Positions 1-64,000 of a stretch of 64,000 bases of DNA are shown here, piece by piece (the first letter of the stretch is position 1; each line of letters begins with the position of its first letter). The notes under the pieces are model-generated. The model did no database searches. It was not told where the DNA came from and saw only the letters and a list, made by a program, of their open reading frames with translations. Source of the stretch: Tubiluchus corallicola. Lineage: Eukaryota; Animalia; Priapulida. The stretch spans positions 248,001 through 312,000 of the forward strand of contig JAQGDQ010000139.1 of assembly GCA_030141605.1 (NCBI GenBank), given 5' to 3'. Both the position numbers and the translations under genes were made by a program.

Positions 1-547
1 CACGTCCTAGACACAAACTTATCTTTTTGAAATTCGTTTCTTAGCACTGGATATAAATTTATACTACTTGATAACTCAAGTTTAATCAGAGATGTCATAA
101 AACTTATTTTTAATGATAGTAGATATGATTTAATGATATGTTGAGTATTGATTACTGTGAGTTATGCAATGAATTTATTTTTGCCTAGTCAGTGAATTTT
201 CTATTTAATTTTGTCACCAGTTATTTTTGGCTTTCCTACGATAATTATCAGGAAGAATCGAATATGCAGGACATGCAAGCTCTATAGGGCAAATTGTTTG
301 TGATAATCTGTGCCAAATATTGTATGTTTGTCATTTATTTTGATTACTATATCGAATTTTATTGGCTTATTATTTGTGATTGTGTTGATTTTTAATAAGA
401 AAAGCTAATGTTGAATAAATCCACAATGTCGGTTTTTGATTATCAAGCAACCTTAATTTCAATACTCTAGCGTGAGTTAACTAACTCCTACAAAGATGAA
501 ATAGGTTGGTCAGTATAAGAAATGAATTAGAATCTGTCATGATCTAT

Positions 548-625
548 GGGGCATGGTAGTCTAGCCGTTGTGATATTTGCCTTGTAAGTGAGAGGTTTCT
601 GGTTCAAATATAAGCTATGTCTCAA
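548..625 (+). mobile_element. tRNA-derived SINE head or tRNA pseudogene (Thr-TGT-like loop)
   Basis: GGGGCATGGTAGTCTAGCCG (A-box-like), CCTTGTAAG anticodon-loop-like, GGTTCAAAT (B-box-like); stems degenerate. Confidence 0.45.
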
Positions 626-2095
626 CTTCCTTACATTTTCTTTCGAGTGAGTTTGGTTTCAAAATTCAACAATTTGGTATTGCATCATATCTTGATCAGT
701 TGTAAATTTTGAAACAGAATATATAGAAAAGTGCACACAGAGCTATTAAGGACTGTAAGCAAGGTGGTAACATCTACATTAAGAAAAAGATAAAATGGAA
801 AACTTAAAGCCTATTTAAATTCTTTTAGATTTTACAGCAAAATTATGCAGAATACTTATGCAAAATGTGGTATTTCATTGTGTATTCCATTTGGATGAAA
901 AAATAAAAAATCTTATACCTCTTAGTAATTCTGCAGATTTAAATGCTTACAAATAAAAGTAAGATTAAAGTAGAAGTTAATATAAATAAGCCATGGCTAA
1001 TAAATCATTAAATTTTATTTTATCACAGTAACAATTTTCAGTTTTCTAGAACTTTCCAATAAAAAAGATTTTATTTGCTGCACAGAACAACACATTACAT
1101 TGAATTAAGAGCTGTGTGGACTCTTGTAGGGCATGACTGTGTTAAATAATTGGCAAGGACAGAAGCAGCTTATATAGTTTATATATATTAGCTTATACAG
1201 TATAAACTTTATGAAGAGGACATTTAACAGCCAATGCATATGAACAAGTCAGGTATCAAAGACAACAGAAAAGTTATAAGTAAAGAAACCAGAAAGAACG
1301 ACCTTAGAAACTGCATGATACTGCACTTTAGGCAAGAAAATGTGATCGAAGTAAAAAAATTAGAAAGCGAAACTGCAATGTCAATCAAAATAATACTTTG
1401 GATTTAAAAGAACTCTTGGTTCGTACATTGCGAGAATTGTGAAAATATAAAAAAAATTAGTCTGTAGTAATGGTTTGCTTTTTTTACTCCTGCAGCAATA
1501 AACTGAAACTGCGTCTTTTCAATTTCTTTATCGAGCGATTTCTTGTTAAATGAAAGTTACTTGTCAAATTTTGCTAAACGTCTGCTCAGATATTACATGT
1601 ACAACTAAATTAAAATATTTAAGTTTCTTCAAATCCCTGATTCTTTAACAGGGACAGCTTTCAAGCAGATCAGTACATAGCTGTTATGTTAACAACATGT
1701 GCAGTTTCAGTGGTGGTCTATCTAACAAGTGTAAATCTAAATTGTTAATATATTTTTTATCATTATGTCAATAAATGTGTGTGCTGCTCATATTAGCTAT
1801 TGCTTGCACAAATGTAATAGTTTGAGCCAGGCCTGCACATTCCTGCTCACGTATTTCATGTTTAGAGGGACGATAGACTAGATGACTTTTCACCATTCAG
1901 TCGCTCTTAGCTGTTACACCATTTGTATATTCACTGACCTCTACATGGTCTTTAGTAATTTGAAATTTGGCAATGTTAAAATTGTGTCTAAATTTTTTGT
2001 ACACTGTGGTCAACACATTTCTGCCAGTTCAGTCTCACCTTAGAAGTTTATTCTTCACAAAAATGTAGATTCGTATCTTGCCATAACCATTGCTG

Positions 2096-2500
2096 CTAAG
2101 TGTGAAATTCAATTTCATTGAAACAAACTAAACATGTTAACATTTGTCCTCCTGCAGGTTTTCTGGCTGGTTCTATGGCTTGTTGAAGAGCTGTCTTCAC
2201 TGGATTATCATCAGTTAATCTAAGCATGTGCCCAATCCATCTTAAACGGTGCCTTTTTAATTTTCTTGCCCAAGGTTCTTCTATTTTTTCATACAGGTCC
2301 TTATTCATGCAGATTTTCTTTGGCTATCTGATATCCAAAATGTTTCTGTAATTTCGCTTTTCAAACGCATCAATTTCAGCTTTATAATTTCCTTTTAATA
2401 TCCAGAGCTATGAATTATACAGAAATACAGTCAGAATTAAGGCTGAGAATATTCTAATTTGTGTTTCCAAAGAAATTATTGTTGTTCTCAAGATCTTTTG
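2096..2500 (-). mobile_element. Non-LTR retrotransposon (RTE-like) C-terminal fragment
   Basis: RHRLRWIGHMLRL motif preceded by IDAFEKRNYRNILDIR-like sequence with stops. Confidence 0.7.
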
Positions 2501-2577
2501 TGAGTTTTGAATATTCTGAATATTTTTAAATATTTAGATTTCACATAGAAGGATTTAAGCACTTCAGCATTGATCTA

Positions 2578-3852
2578 TTGGTCCATTGCAGAGAGCCAAG
2601 AGTCCTGACATAAAGAAGCACTTCCTCCATTGCAGAGAGTAGGGAATCCTGACCTTGAAAAATACTTGGTTCATTGCAGAGTGTAGGAAGTCCTTGCATA
2701 AAGAAGCACTTGGTCTATTGCAGAGAGTAGGGAGTCCTTGCATAAAGAAGCACTTGGTCTATTGTAGAGTGTAGCGAGTCCTTGCATAAAGAAGCACTTG
2801 GTCTATTGCAGAGAGTAGGGAGTCCTGACAAAAAGAAGCACTTGGTCTATTGTAGAGTGTAGCGAGTCCTTGCATAAAGAAGCACTTGGTCTATTGTAGA
2901 GAGTAGCGAGTCCTTGCATAAAGAAGCACTTGGTCTATTGCAGAGAGTAGGGAGTCCTGACAAAAAGCACTTGGTCTATTGTAGAGTGTGGCGAGTCCTT
3001 GCATAAAGAAGCACTTGGTCTATTGCAGAGTGTAGGGAGTCCTTGCATAAAGAAGTACTTGGTCTACTGCAGAGTGTAGGGAATCCTGGCATAAGGAAGC
3101 ACTTGGTCTATTGTAGAGTGTAGCAAGTCCTTGCATAAAGAAGCACTTGGTCTATTGCAGAGAGTAGGGAGTCCTGACAAAAAGAAGCACTTGGTCTATT
3201 GTAGAGTGTAGGGAGTCCTTGCATAAAGAAGCACTTGGTCTATTGCAGAGTGTAGGGAGTCCTTGCATAAAGAAGCACTTGGTCTATTGCAGAGTGTAGG
3301 GAATCCTGGCATAAAGAAGCACTTGGTCTATTGCAGAGTGTAGGGAGTCCTGACAAAAAGAAGAAGCACTTGGTCTATTGCAGAGTGTAGGTAATCCTAG
3401 CATAAAGAAGCACTTGGTCTATTGTAGAGTGTAGCGAGTCCTTGCATAAGGAAGCACTAGGTCTATTGTAGAGTGTAGCGAGTCCTTGCATAAAGAAGCA
3501 CTTGGTCTATTGCAGAGTGTAGGGAATCCTGGCAATAAAGAAGCACTTGGTCTATTGCAGAGTGTAGGGAATCCTAACATAAAGAAGCACTTGGTCTATT
3601 GCAGAGTGTAGGGAATCCTGGCATAAAGAAGCACTTGGTCTATTGCAGAGTGTAGGGAATCCTGACAAAAAGAAGCACTTGGTCTTTTGCAGAGTGTAGG
3701 GAATCCTGACAAAAAGAAGCACTTGGTCTATTGTAGAGTGTAGCGAGTCCTTACATAAAGAAGCACTTGGTCTATTGCAGAGAGTAGGGAGTCCTGACAA
3801 AAAGAAGCACTTGGTCTATTGTAGAGTGTAGCGAGTCCTTGAATAAAGATGT
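2578..3852. repeat. 44-bp minisatellite, about 29 copies
   Basis: Unit AAAGAAGCACTTGGTCTATTGCAGAGTGTAGGGAGTCCTTGCAT with three recurring variants; degenerate at both ends. Confidence 0.95.
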
Positions 3853-4324
3853 TGGTCCACAGGGAGGTGAATAGAATCATATCCTTAAATGCATGATTCA
3901 ATGGGCAAAACTGAAACTTGTACTTCAGAACTGTTGAGAAGATGAACAAACATACACCACGTGTGGACAATCATAGTTATCCTGCAAGCTATGAAGAAAA
4001 TGATTCATGATTCCAGCTAGCATGCACTAACAGCTTAGAAAATAATTTTTCTGATGAAATAATACATAACTATGAAAAAGTCTTTTCCTGTTGTTTACAA
4101 AATGTAAATGTATTAACAGAATTGATTAAATCAACTATCAAAATAGCAGTGTCTGGTATATAACAGCGACATTTAAATTTTTAAGTTTTTTGGTCTGCTT
4201 TACTAATGTAGTAAGTTGTGTGTACGGTAAGATTAGATATAAGCAATATAAAATTTTAAGTCAATTTCTTTCAAGTGAACTTAATTTATCTTCTTTTATA
4301 CTCACACAATTCGCTTATATTAAA

Positions 4325-4330
4325 TTTATT
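4325..4330 (-). terminator. Candidate polyadenylation signal (AATAAA) for groucho
   Basis: AATAAA about 325 nt after the stop, with TTGTGTG downstream; the hexamer is common in AT-rich DNA. Confidence 0.35.
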
Positions 4331-4653
4331 GACTTAACAGTTATACACCATGACTAGCCTTATTACTCAATATCAGCACAGCATCTTGTACATCAAAATA
4401 TTCTTGATAACTTCATTCTCCAAGTCACATCATTTAGTATTATGAAAATGATTCTATGAAAAAACAAACATACATACATTATATAGTATATACAACATAT
4501 ATGTTACAGTAAACGAAATATTACATGATTTGTTTCACTGCTATTATACCAAAATTTCAGTTTTGCAGTGCAAATTACAAAGACATATATATATATATAG
4601 TCAGGTTATCAAAAATTTGGTTTACCAACACAAGGAAGCACCACTGCAATAAT

Positions 4654-44762
<40,109 letters not shown>

Positions 44763-45359
44763 TAAAAATATATTTTCTTTCTTTACACGCCACACCGTCC
44801 AACGAAAAATCAACAGTTAGCCCAGTATCAGTGGAGCTCCCGAACAAAATGACAAAACAGATGCAGGTAGGTTTCAACGAGCGCGGAACTATCCAAGCCA
44901 CTCCATTACTACAATAAAGTCCTTAGTCCTATCGACAGACAAAACTAGCTCGAATTCATTATCGCTACAGTTTACTGACCTAATGAAGTTATGGTCACAT
45001 TCACTACAAGCAAAAATTGATAAGTGAACGCAAATTAAACGCTTTTTGCTTTGAATGAACAAACCAGCAGAACGATTTTACTCGACTGAACCTTGAACTG
45101 ATTATGTAAAAAACAAATATCACCAGAGGTCACAGGCACACCAAGTTTAATAGCGGCTTAAACAAAAAGCATAAACACAGTTAAAAAATCACCAAGAGGC
45201 GCCGCGGATATCAATATGATTGCAATCAAAGCAAAAATTTACGGCCTAACGGTTACATCCAAAAGAGACGAACCCACGACACAAACACACTAAAACTCAC
45301 ACAACTCTGAACAGCGAACATCCTCAAATGCCACACACAAAACTCGCTCAAAGCAAATA

Positions 45360-45660
45360 CAGCTTTCCGAATATGGCGGCCGTTGATTGGCTGTATTATA
45401 AACACTTCGACAGTGGATACAACGCACGTGAGCTCATTAAATATGAACACAATTTAACCAATCAACTGTCTGCAAAAATAGAACCGCCTATTTTTACCAA
45501 TCAAATGACAAGACGGCTTACTGCTGTACATCATTTTGTTTAAAAACACGCCTCTTGGAATCTGCCTATCAAACGCACGTGCGCCCAGGAGCCAGCCTCC
45601 GTACGCACACATCACACATGAAAGATTCAGGTACAGACTCGCAGTCAGGATTCACGTGTG
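45360..45660 (-). promoter_or_regulatory. Probable groucho promoter
   Basis: CpG-richer stretch about 600 nt upstream of the ATG with a YY1-like AATATGGCGGCC (45370-45381), three CCAAT/ATTGG boxes (45386, 45458, 45497) and three CACGTG E-boxes (45425, 45576, 45653). Confidence 0.6.
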
Positions 45661-46772
45661 TGTGAATAAGCTTGCTCTGCCAGACAGGTGTCACCCAACC
45701 TCTGGGCTCATCCTCTACCATACAATTTGCTTATATGTCACTGCCAAATTCCTCTGTGCCAACTGCCAAGTCCGTTGCAGTTGCAACCCTGGAAATGTGA
45801 ATTCATCTGACCGTCAGGCAGGAAAAGGAATAATGATGCTAGTGATTGATAGTTAATAATTATCTAGTTTTAGTTAATTGTAACAGATTTGTAAGTATTT
45901 GGTTGTTGGCTCTATGAAACTATACTTACCAAACTCCTTATAATTAACTAAAAAATGCTCATTTGCCTGGCTGACTGTTTGACTAACTGATTGACTTGAA
46001 TGAACAAAGTAATAATTAAAGCACGTTCAGTAACTAATTACTGGTTTTTGAAGGCGGGTAAGTCAGATTTAGTGAATTTGCTGATTGTGAAGGTGGTAAT
46101 GGTGATGGATTTGGCACTTATGATGCAGGTTTGAGAGTATGGCGGGTTGGCAGTACCACTGGTGCTTTGGTGGGTTTGGCAAACTGGCACGTTGATGGCT
46201 TTGGCGGTGGGGGTTTTTGGCAAGTATGGCAGGTTCGGCGAGCGTGGCAGTAGCACCGTTAGTCAGTTACGGGATTGGGCGTGATCGAGGTAATTAAAGG
46301 AACGGTAGGCCTACTAATCTGTGTAGGCCCTTTGTGGGTGGGATACGTAGCATGTTAATTTCCCAGCATTTCGTTACTTTCTTACATCGAACATCTACCC
46401 AAGGTTTGTGGTGCTTACTTAAATAAAAGCCTTAGAGGAGATACAGAGCTTATAAAAATTAAATCTTTCCGAGTTTTTGGCCTTTGACACAGGGCTATCG
46501 GAGCATACGGAAACAATTCCTATTAGGGAAGCGAGTTATTAAAGAAAGAAAAAAGCCCAAGAATAAAGGTAGCAGATAAATAAAACCACTTGACCATCAA
46601 AACATTTCTGCATATTAGTTGGTGCTGCCACCTGTTGACCAGTTTTCTTAATACAAATAAGGCTGCTGCCTTATTATTTTGTGCTGAAGTAGGAATCCCA
46701 CTTGGCTTCTTTAGGCTATATGTTGGTATAGTTATAATTAAAGCAATGAGTTCGGTTCAGTACCGAGTTGAC

Positions 46773-47274
<502 letters not shown>

Positions 47275-49171
47275 GAGGCGAATGTGTGAAATCATCTTTC
47301 TGCAACGTGTGTAGACAATTACTGTTTCACAAACAATCCACTATACATGGATAATAATTTTTTAGAAAGATTCAACGTGTGTAAACTATTTTTTCCTGTT
47401 TGCACAATCACACACTGGTTATTAACCGGTGTTATTTGTATGAACTTCTGGATGTGACTGATTATGGTTAGAATAAACTATGTTCATGTAAGCCAGGGTC
47501 TTGGAAATTTCATTATTTCAAACAACAGTCTAATTAACATGCTAATATCTGTCGCAATGTCCATTCCAAATTCCAATGTTCACAACACTCAAGCTTCAAA
47601 TAATTGATTCGAGGTTGAAAACGACGAGTTTTGTGTCGAAACCCAGAAATTCTGGCTTCCCAAAACACAAAGAGCCACCAAGAAGCCATGCAAAAACATC
47701 AAGACTTAAAACAAGTGTTTAGTGCTGCCATCTGTTAACCAATTTTATTAATGTCTACTATTATTACTTCTATGTTTTCCTACTGAAGACTGAAGTATGG
47801 GACACACTCGATTTCTGTAGGCTATTATTGGTATAATTATAACTAATTTGACTGCACAAGAGACAAATGTGAGTGAAATTAATATACATGTATAGTAGAT
47901 AGACTTACTTTTTGTTGTTTACAGATGGACTGATGTAAGGCCTATAACCTCGGTCTGTTTCTTTTTTCGTCAATAGTCGACTAGTTTTTGTTCGTGTGCC
48001 TTTGTGTTTCTTTTGTTTATCAATTTAAATAATTTGCTTTAGCTTTTCGTGTTAATGTTTGGGTAACTCTGATTGCGATTGGTCTTACTGTAACGTTAAT
48101 CTATAATGGGTCCTTTCGCTCTATTCGAATGAAGTTTCTAATTTTTTCTGCATGACTAACTATTCTTCAGGATTTATTGGCTGTTGACTGTTTGATTCGC
48201 TTTTTTCTTTACTCATTGTTACACGAGCTTAGGATATTGGGCTATTCTATTCTTCTTCTATTTTTCATAATTAACTCACTGTAATTGGATAAATAGATAA
48301 TGTTTATAAACTCATTATGAAAAAAGAAATTCGAGTTTGGTACAAATAAATCAAAGCTCTATGCAACTAAAAAGTTAATAAATTGAAGCGAGTTAAAAAC
48401 AAGAAATATTAACTAACTTCAACAAATCCCCATTCAGTTGTCAATATTTCCAGCCAATATACTCTACAAACTTGTCAATCTTTCAACGTACTCTAACAAA
48501 TTCTAGTACTTAAGTTTGAAGATTTAATTTTATCATAAAGGGGTTTTCTGGTAAATTGTCATCACGTTACATCGCTCATCTTTCCCAGTTTCGCGGAAAA
48601 GTCAAGGTTAATCTTGTAAGTCAAGACACTGAACATGTCCATTTATTTTCTTAACACACATTACACAGCTAACCATACATCATGTGCATGGCTGCTCGGT
48701 TTTTATTTCACCCTAATTGTTTTCTGCTACCAAATGTCACTAACATTTGGATTTTGTCATCATCTTAGCTATCAGGCAACGCAATTAACAAGTTAATTAA
48801 ATGGCACGTAAAAAGAAAAATGCAAATCCGTCATTAATGCCATTTACAATCAGTCATATCACTCACGAGTTTGAACAACAAAGTATTAAACAGTTTAAAG
48901 AATCCTATTGAATGGTTTTATTTTGCTCTGTATTTCCAATAAATCCGAAAAAAATCAGTGTTTTAAATTAACAATAACTGTAGGTTTTACAGAATGATGT
49001 AGCATTGATAATTGACAAAAGGCAAAGCCATTTTGTTTTCCATTTCCAAATTATGGATCATGTAAAACTAACAACAAATTACGAAACGATCCGCCAAAAG
49101 AGCGATTCTTGTTACTCAAAATGTGCAACATCTTTAAGATTTCAACAATTTTACAACAACGTTATAAATTA

Positions 49172-49622
49172 CAGTGGCGTAGCCATGTTTACCATGTAGT
49201 GTGCAGGCTTATAGGGGACATGCACTCGATTGCTGACGTTGGTTGTAATAATGAATTTACGATTATTCACTGCAAGTACTACATTAACATATACGAGGAA
49301 CATGTTGCTTAGTAATGATGCTTTACTGAAACTTCATAAACGTCGTAATGTTTGACATGATTTTTTTAATTAAAAGTTTTAATACAGTTGTGGTGTTTTA
49401 ACTATACACGTTATTTTGCTTCGATGATGGCCACCCTCATAGAAGTATTAATCAGATCAGCATTTGCAATTGCTGCTTATTAATAAACTTTGAAGTTTTT
49501 CTGTATCACCATTATAACGATGAAAATTGAAGAGCCTTGGTAACAATATGTTAGATATCTGCCCCCTGTTAAATTTTGTGTCCCTCAAGATGCAGTCTCG
49601 ATTCGCAACAGCTACGCCACTG
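49172..49622. mobile_element. MITE with 12-bp TIR CAGTGGCGTAGC and TA flanks
   Basis: TA|CAGTGGCGTAGC ... GCTACGCCACTG|TA. Confidence 0.65.
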
Positions 49623-51525
49623 TAAGTATACATAAGTAGCATACTCGTGATTAAGTTTACAGCTATACTGGCCAAGCACTGGTTGACTTAAAAGCCTTAC
49701 CATATCAACCATTTTAAGCCAACGTTGCAAATGGGCCTAACTATGGCTAACATAAATACTTTTATCTCACGTTATTTTGTCTTCCATTATTTCCGACCAT
49801 ACGTTTTACTCGTTCTTAATTTAAATACGCTAATATAATACATTGTATGTCGAGTAATTTGGTACAAACGATATCAATCTCCGTTTTTTGCGAAGTTGTT
49901 GAATAGATTATGTAAAAGTAACCGTTGGATAAGAGTCTAAGTGTTGGGCCGTCTGAGTTGAACTTTATCTAACGTAACTGGCAGTATGTACAGAATTTTT
50001 ATACTGCCAAAACTCATACAAGAGAAGTGAGAGAGAGCGGGAAAGGAAAGAAACAAAAAACAAGCAAACAGACAGATAGACAGACAGAGAAAGAAAGTGA
50101 AATATCAGCACTTAAATTACATGTATATAGAATCATTTTCCCTTTAGCACAGTACGAGGACAGGATCAATAAGTTAGTTGACAAATCGTCACCCTAGGGT
50201 ACCAGGTTAACATAATTTTAACTTTTTCTAGTCTTAAAACTTAAAAGTATGCTGTCGATAAAATTTTTGAACTTGTGAAAATTTTGAACAATTTCAATAG
50301 GGGGCAACACAAGAGTTATATCAATTTTATGGAAAAAATGCGTTACGTTAACTTAATTACTGTATAACATTTTAATAGGATTTCATTAAAACATTAACAT
50401 CTCATGATTTCTCCCGTTAAGGGGTCGACACACATCATATTCTGAATACATATTTTACATCTCATGTGCCGTTTTCACATATTCTTTGTTAAACTTAGTT
50501 ATAATTTACGATCTTTTGCGCCAAGGTTATTTATTACACGTACGTTTTGGATCACACGAACATGCAATAAGAGGGCATTTTCAGTTTCTTTTCTGCAAAT
50601 CTTCAACAGTATATTCTGAGAGGGCAGGCTTATAGATTAAAGTAAAGTAAAGGCAAGGGAGAAACAAACACGTCAGGCAAGCACCTATTGTTCTAGAAAA
50701 TATCAGTGGAAATTGCTCATTATTCTGTTGGAAATAATGTTTTACAAGTGTGTTCGTTTGCTATTGTAAATTAGTCACGCACTTTTTCTGCATTTTTCGT
50801 AATTAAACAGCGGTTTTGGTTTTATGCCAATTTTCAGACCTGAGTTTATTAAATGTTAGGACTCATTAGTTAATTTGATTACGCCCTATTTGGAAAGTAG
50901 TGTAGAAGTTTAGCAGTTCGAAGTCCGAAGCTGCCTAATTGAATTTCTTTCTAATGACGCAGTTCACGTTTTACTGTTACTGCTACTGTTACTTCATGTT
51001 GGGCGTTATTTTATTTAGATCATATTAGCTAATAAACTATTAGCTAAGTAAACCAACCACGTAGCTTTAATGAAGAATACTTTTTGTTTTATATCTTGGT
51101 GCGTTTTTAACGTTTCTTTTGTGTTTTTAATTTTTCTCTCAGGGAGGTTAATTTTAGAGGACAGTGAAACAAGACAACCTGTTATGTAAGTTACAGCATA
51201 TATGCCAATTTGCTACTTGCCTGATAAGATGTATTTTAATTTACTTCGCCCGAGATCAGTTATATAAAAATAATGTTACTTTTAAAAAGCCTAAGCTCGT
51301 GTGAACTGTCTACGACACGGTTATGGGTCTGCCATTCTACGAAATAATAAACATGCATAATAATACCTTACTTTGATTTCGTTTAAACTACTGTAACGAA
51401 AGAAAAGCCAGACGTCGGTGGGAGAGGGTGAGGCGGGGAAGGGGTAATATCAGCCTTAGAAGTTATAAATAATTTTATCTAACACACTACTGTAACACTT
51501 TAGTTCTCAGTAATATTTTGTCAGA

Positions 51526-63064
<11,539 letters not shown>

Positions 63065-63459
63065 CTGAAAGAAAACCAAATTTAAAAAATGGCTCATAAA
63101 GCATTAATCCATGTGTCACTTTTTATTTATTACTTTATCTATCTATTTTTATTTACTTATATTTGTACCGCAAAGCGCACGGATGCAAAGCATTAAAACC
63201 AGCAATACGAACAAATAGATAATCTAGAATCAACGACATGACTTATATGGCCTGCTACTAATAAAATGAAAATTAAATGGTTACACCAAATTTTATTACT
63301 GCACTTTATTATCAATCCATCCTAACCTCTAAAAGAACCAATTTTTCCTTTAATCAATACTGTTACTGCTTATAGTATGATTTATGATGATAATAAAGGT
63401 AACAGTAGTCAGTGGAAAGGTTAATTATTGTGCAAAATGCAATGATAATCGCTGTTGTT

Positions 63460-63640
63460 TACGATGAAAATGATGACAATGTTAGCAATAATTATAATTT
63501 AGCCAAAATTTTAGTGATAGATGACAATGATGGCGACAGTAATGATGATGACGACAACGAGGTGATGATGATGACGATGACAATGGCGACGATATTAATG
63601 ATAATGGCAATGACGAAAGTAATGATGACAGCAATGTATG
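63460..63640. repeat. Degenerate (ATG/GAC)n low-complexity tract
   Basis: gatgatgac-rich stretch; explains ORF 63412..63828. Confidence 0.75.
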
Positions 63641-64000
63641 ATCCTGTAACTTATTTTTTCGCTTGGTTGTTGTATATCAGTAGAACGTTTAGCGTAGAGG
63701 TAAATATGGGAGCAGAGAAAATGGGAGGGTATCTAGGTGCTTCAAGTCACTGCACTTCCAAGCGCCACGAGTTTTGGAAAACAGAACTCGTAATAACGAA
63801 AGTTTCTGCTATGACCTCAAAGATGTAATTACTTTGCAAATGTTCAATGTGAACAATAACTTTAACCTTTTACAATAAAATTATTTCCTTTCCATGGTAA
63901 CTAAGTCTTGTCGGCCTAATAGTTTAAATCTAACACATTAATTGTTGTTTAGGCCTCCTTTATATACGTATATAATATAAGCACTAAACCTTAAAAATTA

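Noticed and set aside
548-625. Functional tRNA genes here and at 21817 and 52185
   Set aside because: Acceptor and T stems do not pair properly; better explained as SINE heads or pseudogenes.
2578-3852. CRISPR-like array (constant core plus variable part) and ORFs 3552..3800 and 3728..3970
   Set aside because: The variable parts are near-identical variants rather than unique spacers, there are no cas genes and the context is eukaryotic. The 44-bp unit is not a multiple of 3, so the ORFs are by-products.
63065-63119. Syt4 start codon at the beginning of ORF 62358..63119 ([12 protein letters not shown]...)
   Set aside because: A strong polypyrimidine/CAG acceptor at 63065 indicates this part is intron. 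The true first exon was not identified and is probably outside the window.
63412-63828. 138-aa Asp/Met-rich ORF
   Set aside because: Arises from a degenerate (ATG)n tract; no recognisable domain.

Overview
This is AT-rich, intron-rich animal genomic DNA (probably an invertebrate bilaterian; the taxon cannot be determined here), not prokaryotic. It holds two minus-strand protein-coding genes. The first is a complete 20-exon groucho/TLE corepressor gene (CDS 44762->4654, 2193 nt, 730 aa), reconstructed with phase-consistent splice sites including a 17-nt microexon and a probable GC-AG intron. The second is a synaptotagmin-4/11-type gene (5 coding exons, 63064->51526; first exon not found) with the diagnostic C2A Asp->Ser change. 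Introns carry a complete 4.3-kb hAT transposon (13-bp TIRs, perfect 8-bp TSD, two-intron decayed transposase), a near-full-length CR1/L2-type LINE with its RT core deleted, LINE and tRNA-SINE fragments, several foldback/MITE inverted repeats, a 755-bp tandem duplication next to a perfect hairpin and long microsatellites; a 44-bp minisatellite lies downstream of groucho. I see no clearly new multi-gene system. The best leads are the intron-bearing hAT family, a possible AES/Grg5-like short Groucho isoform from intronic polyadenylation, and unusual groucho splicing features.
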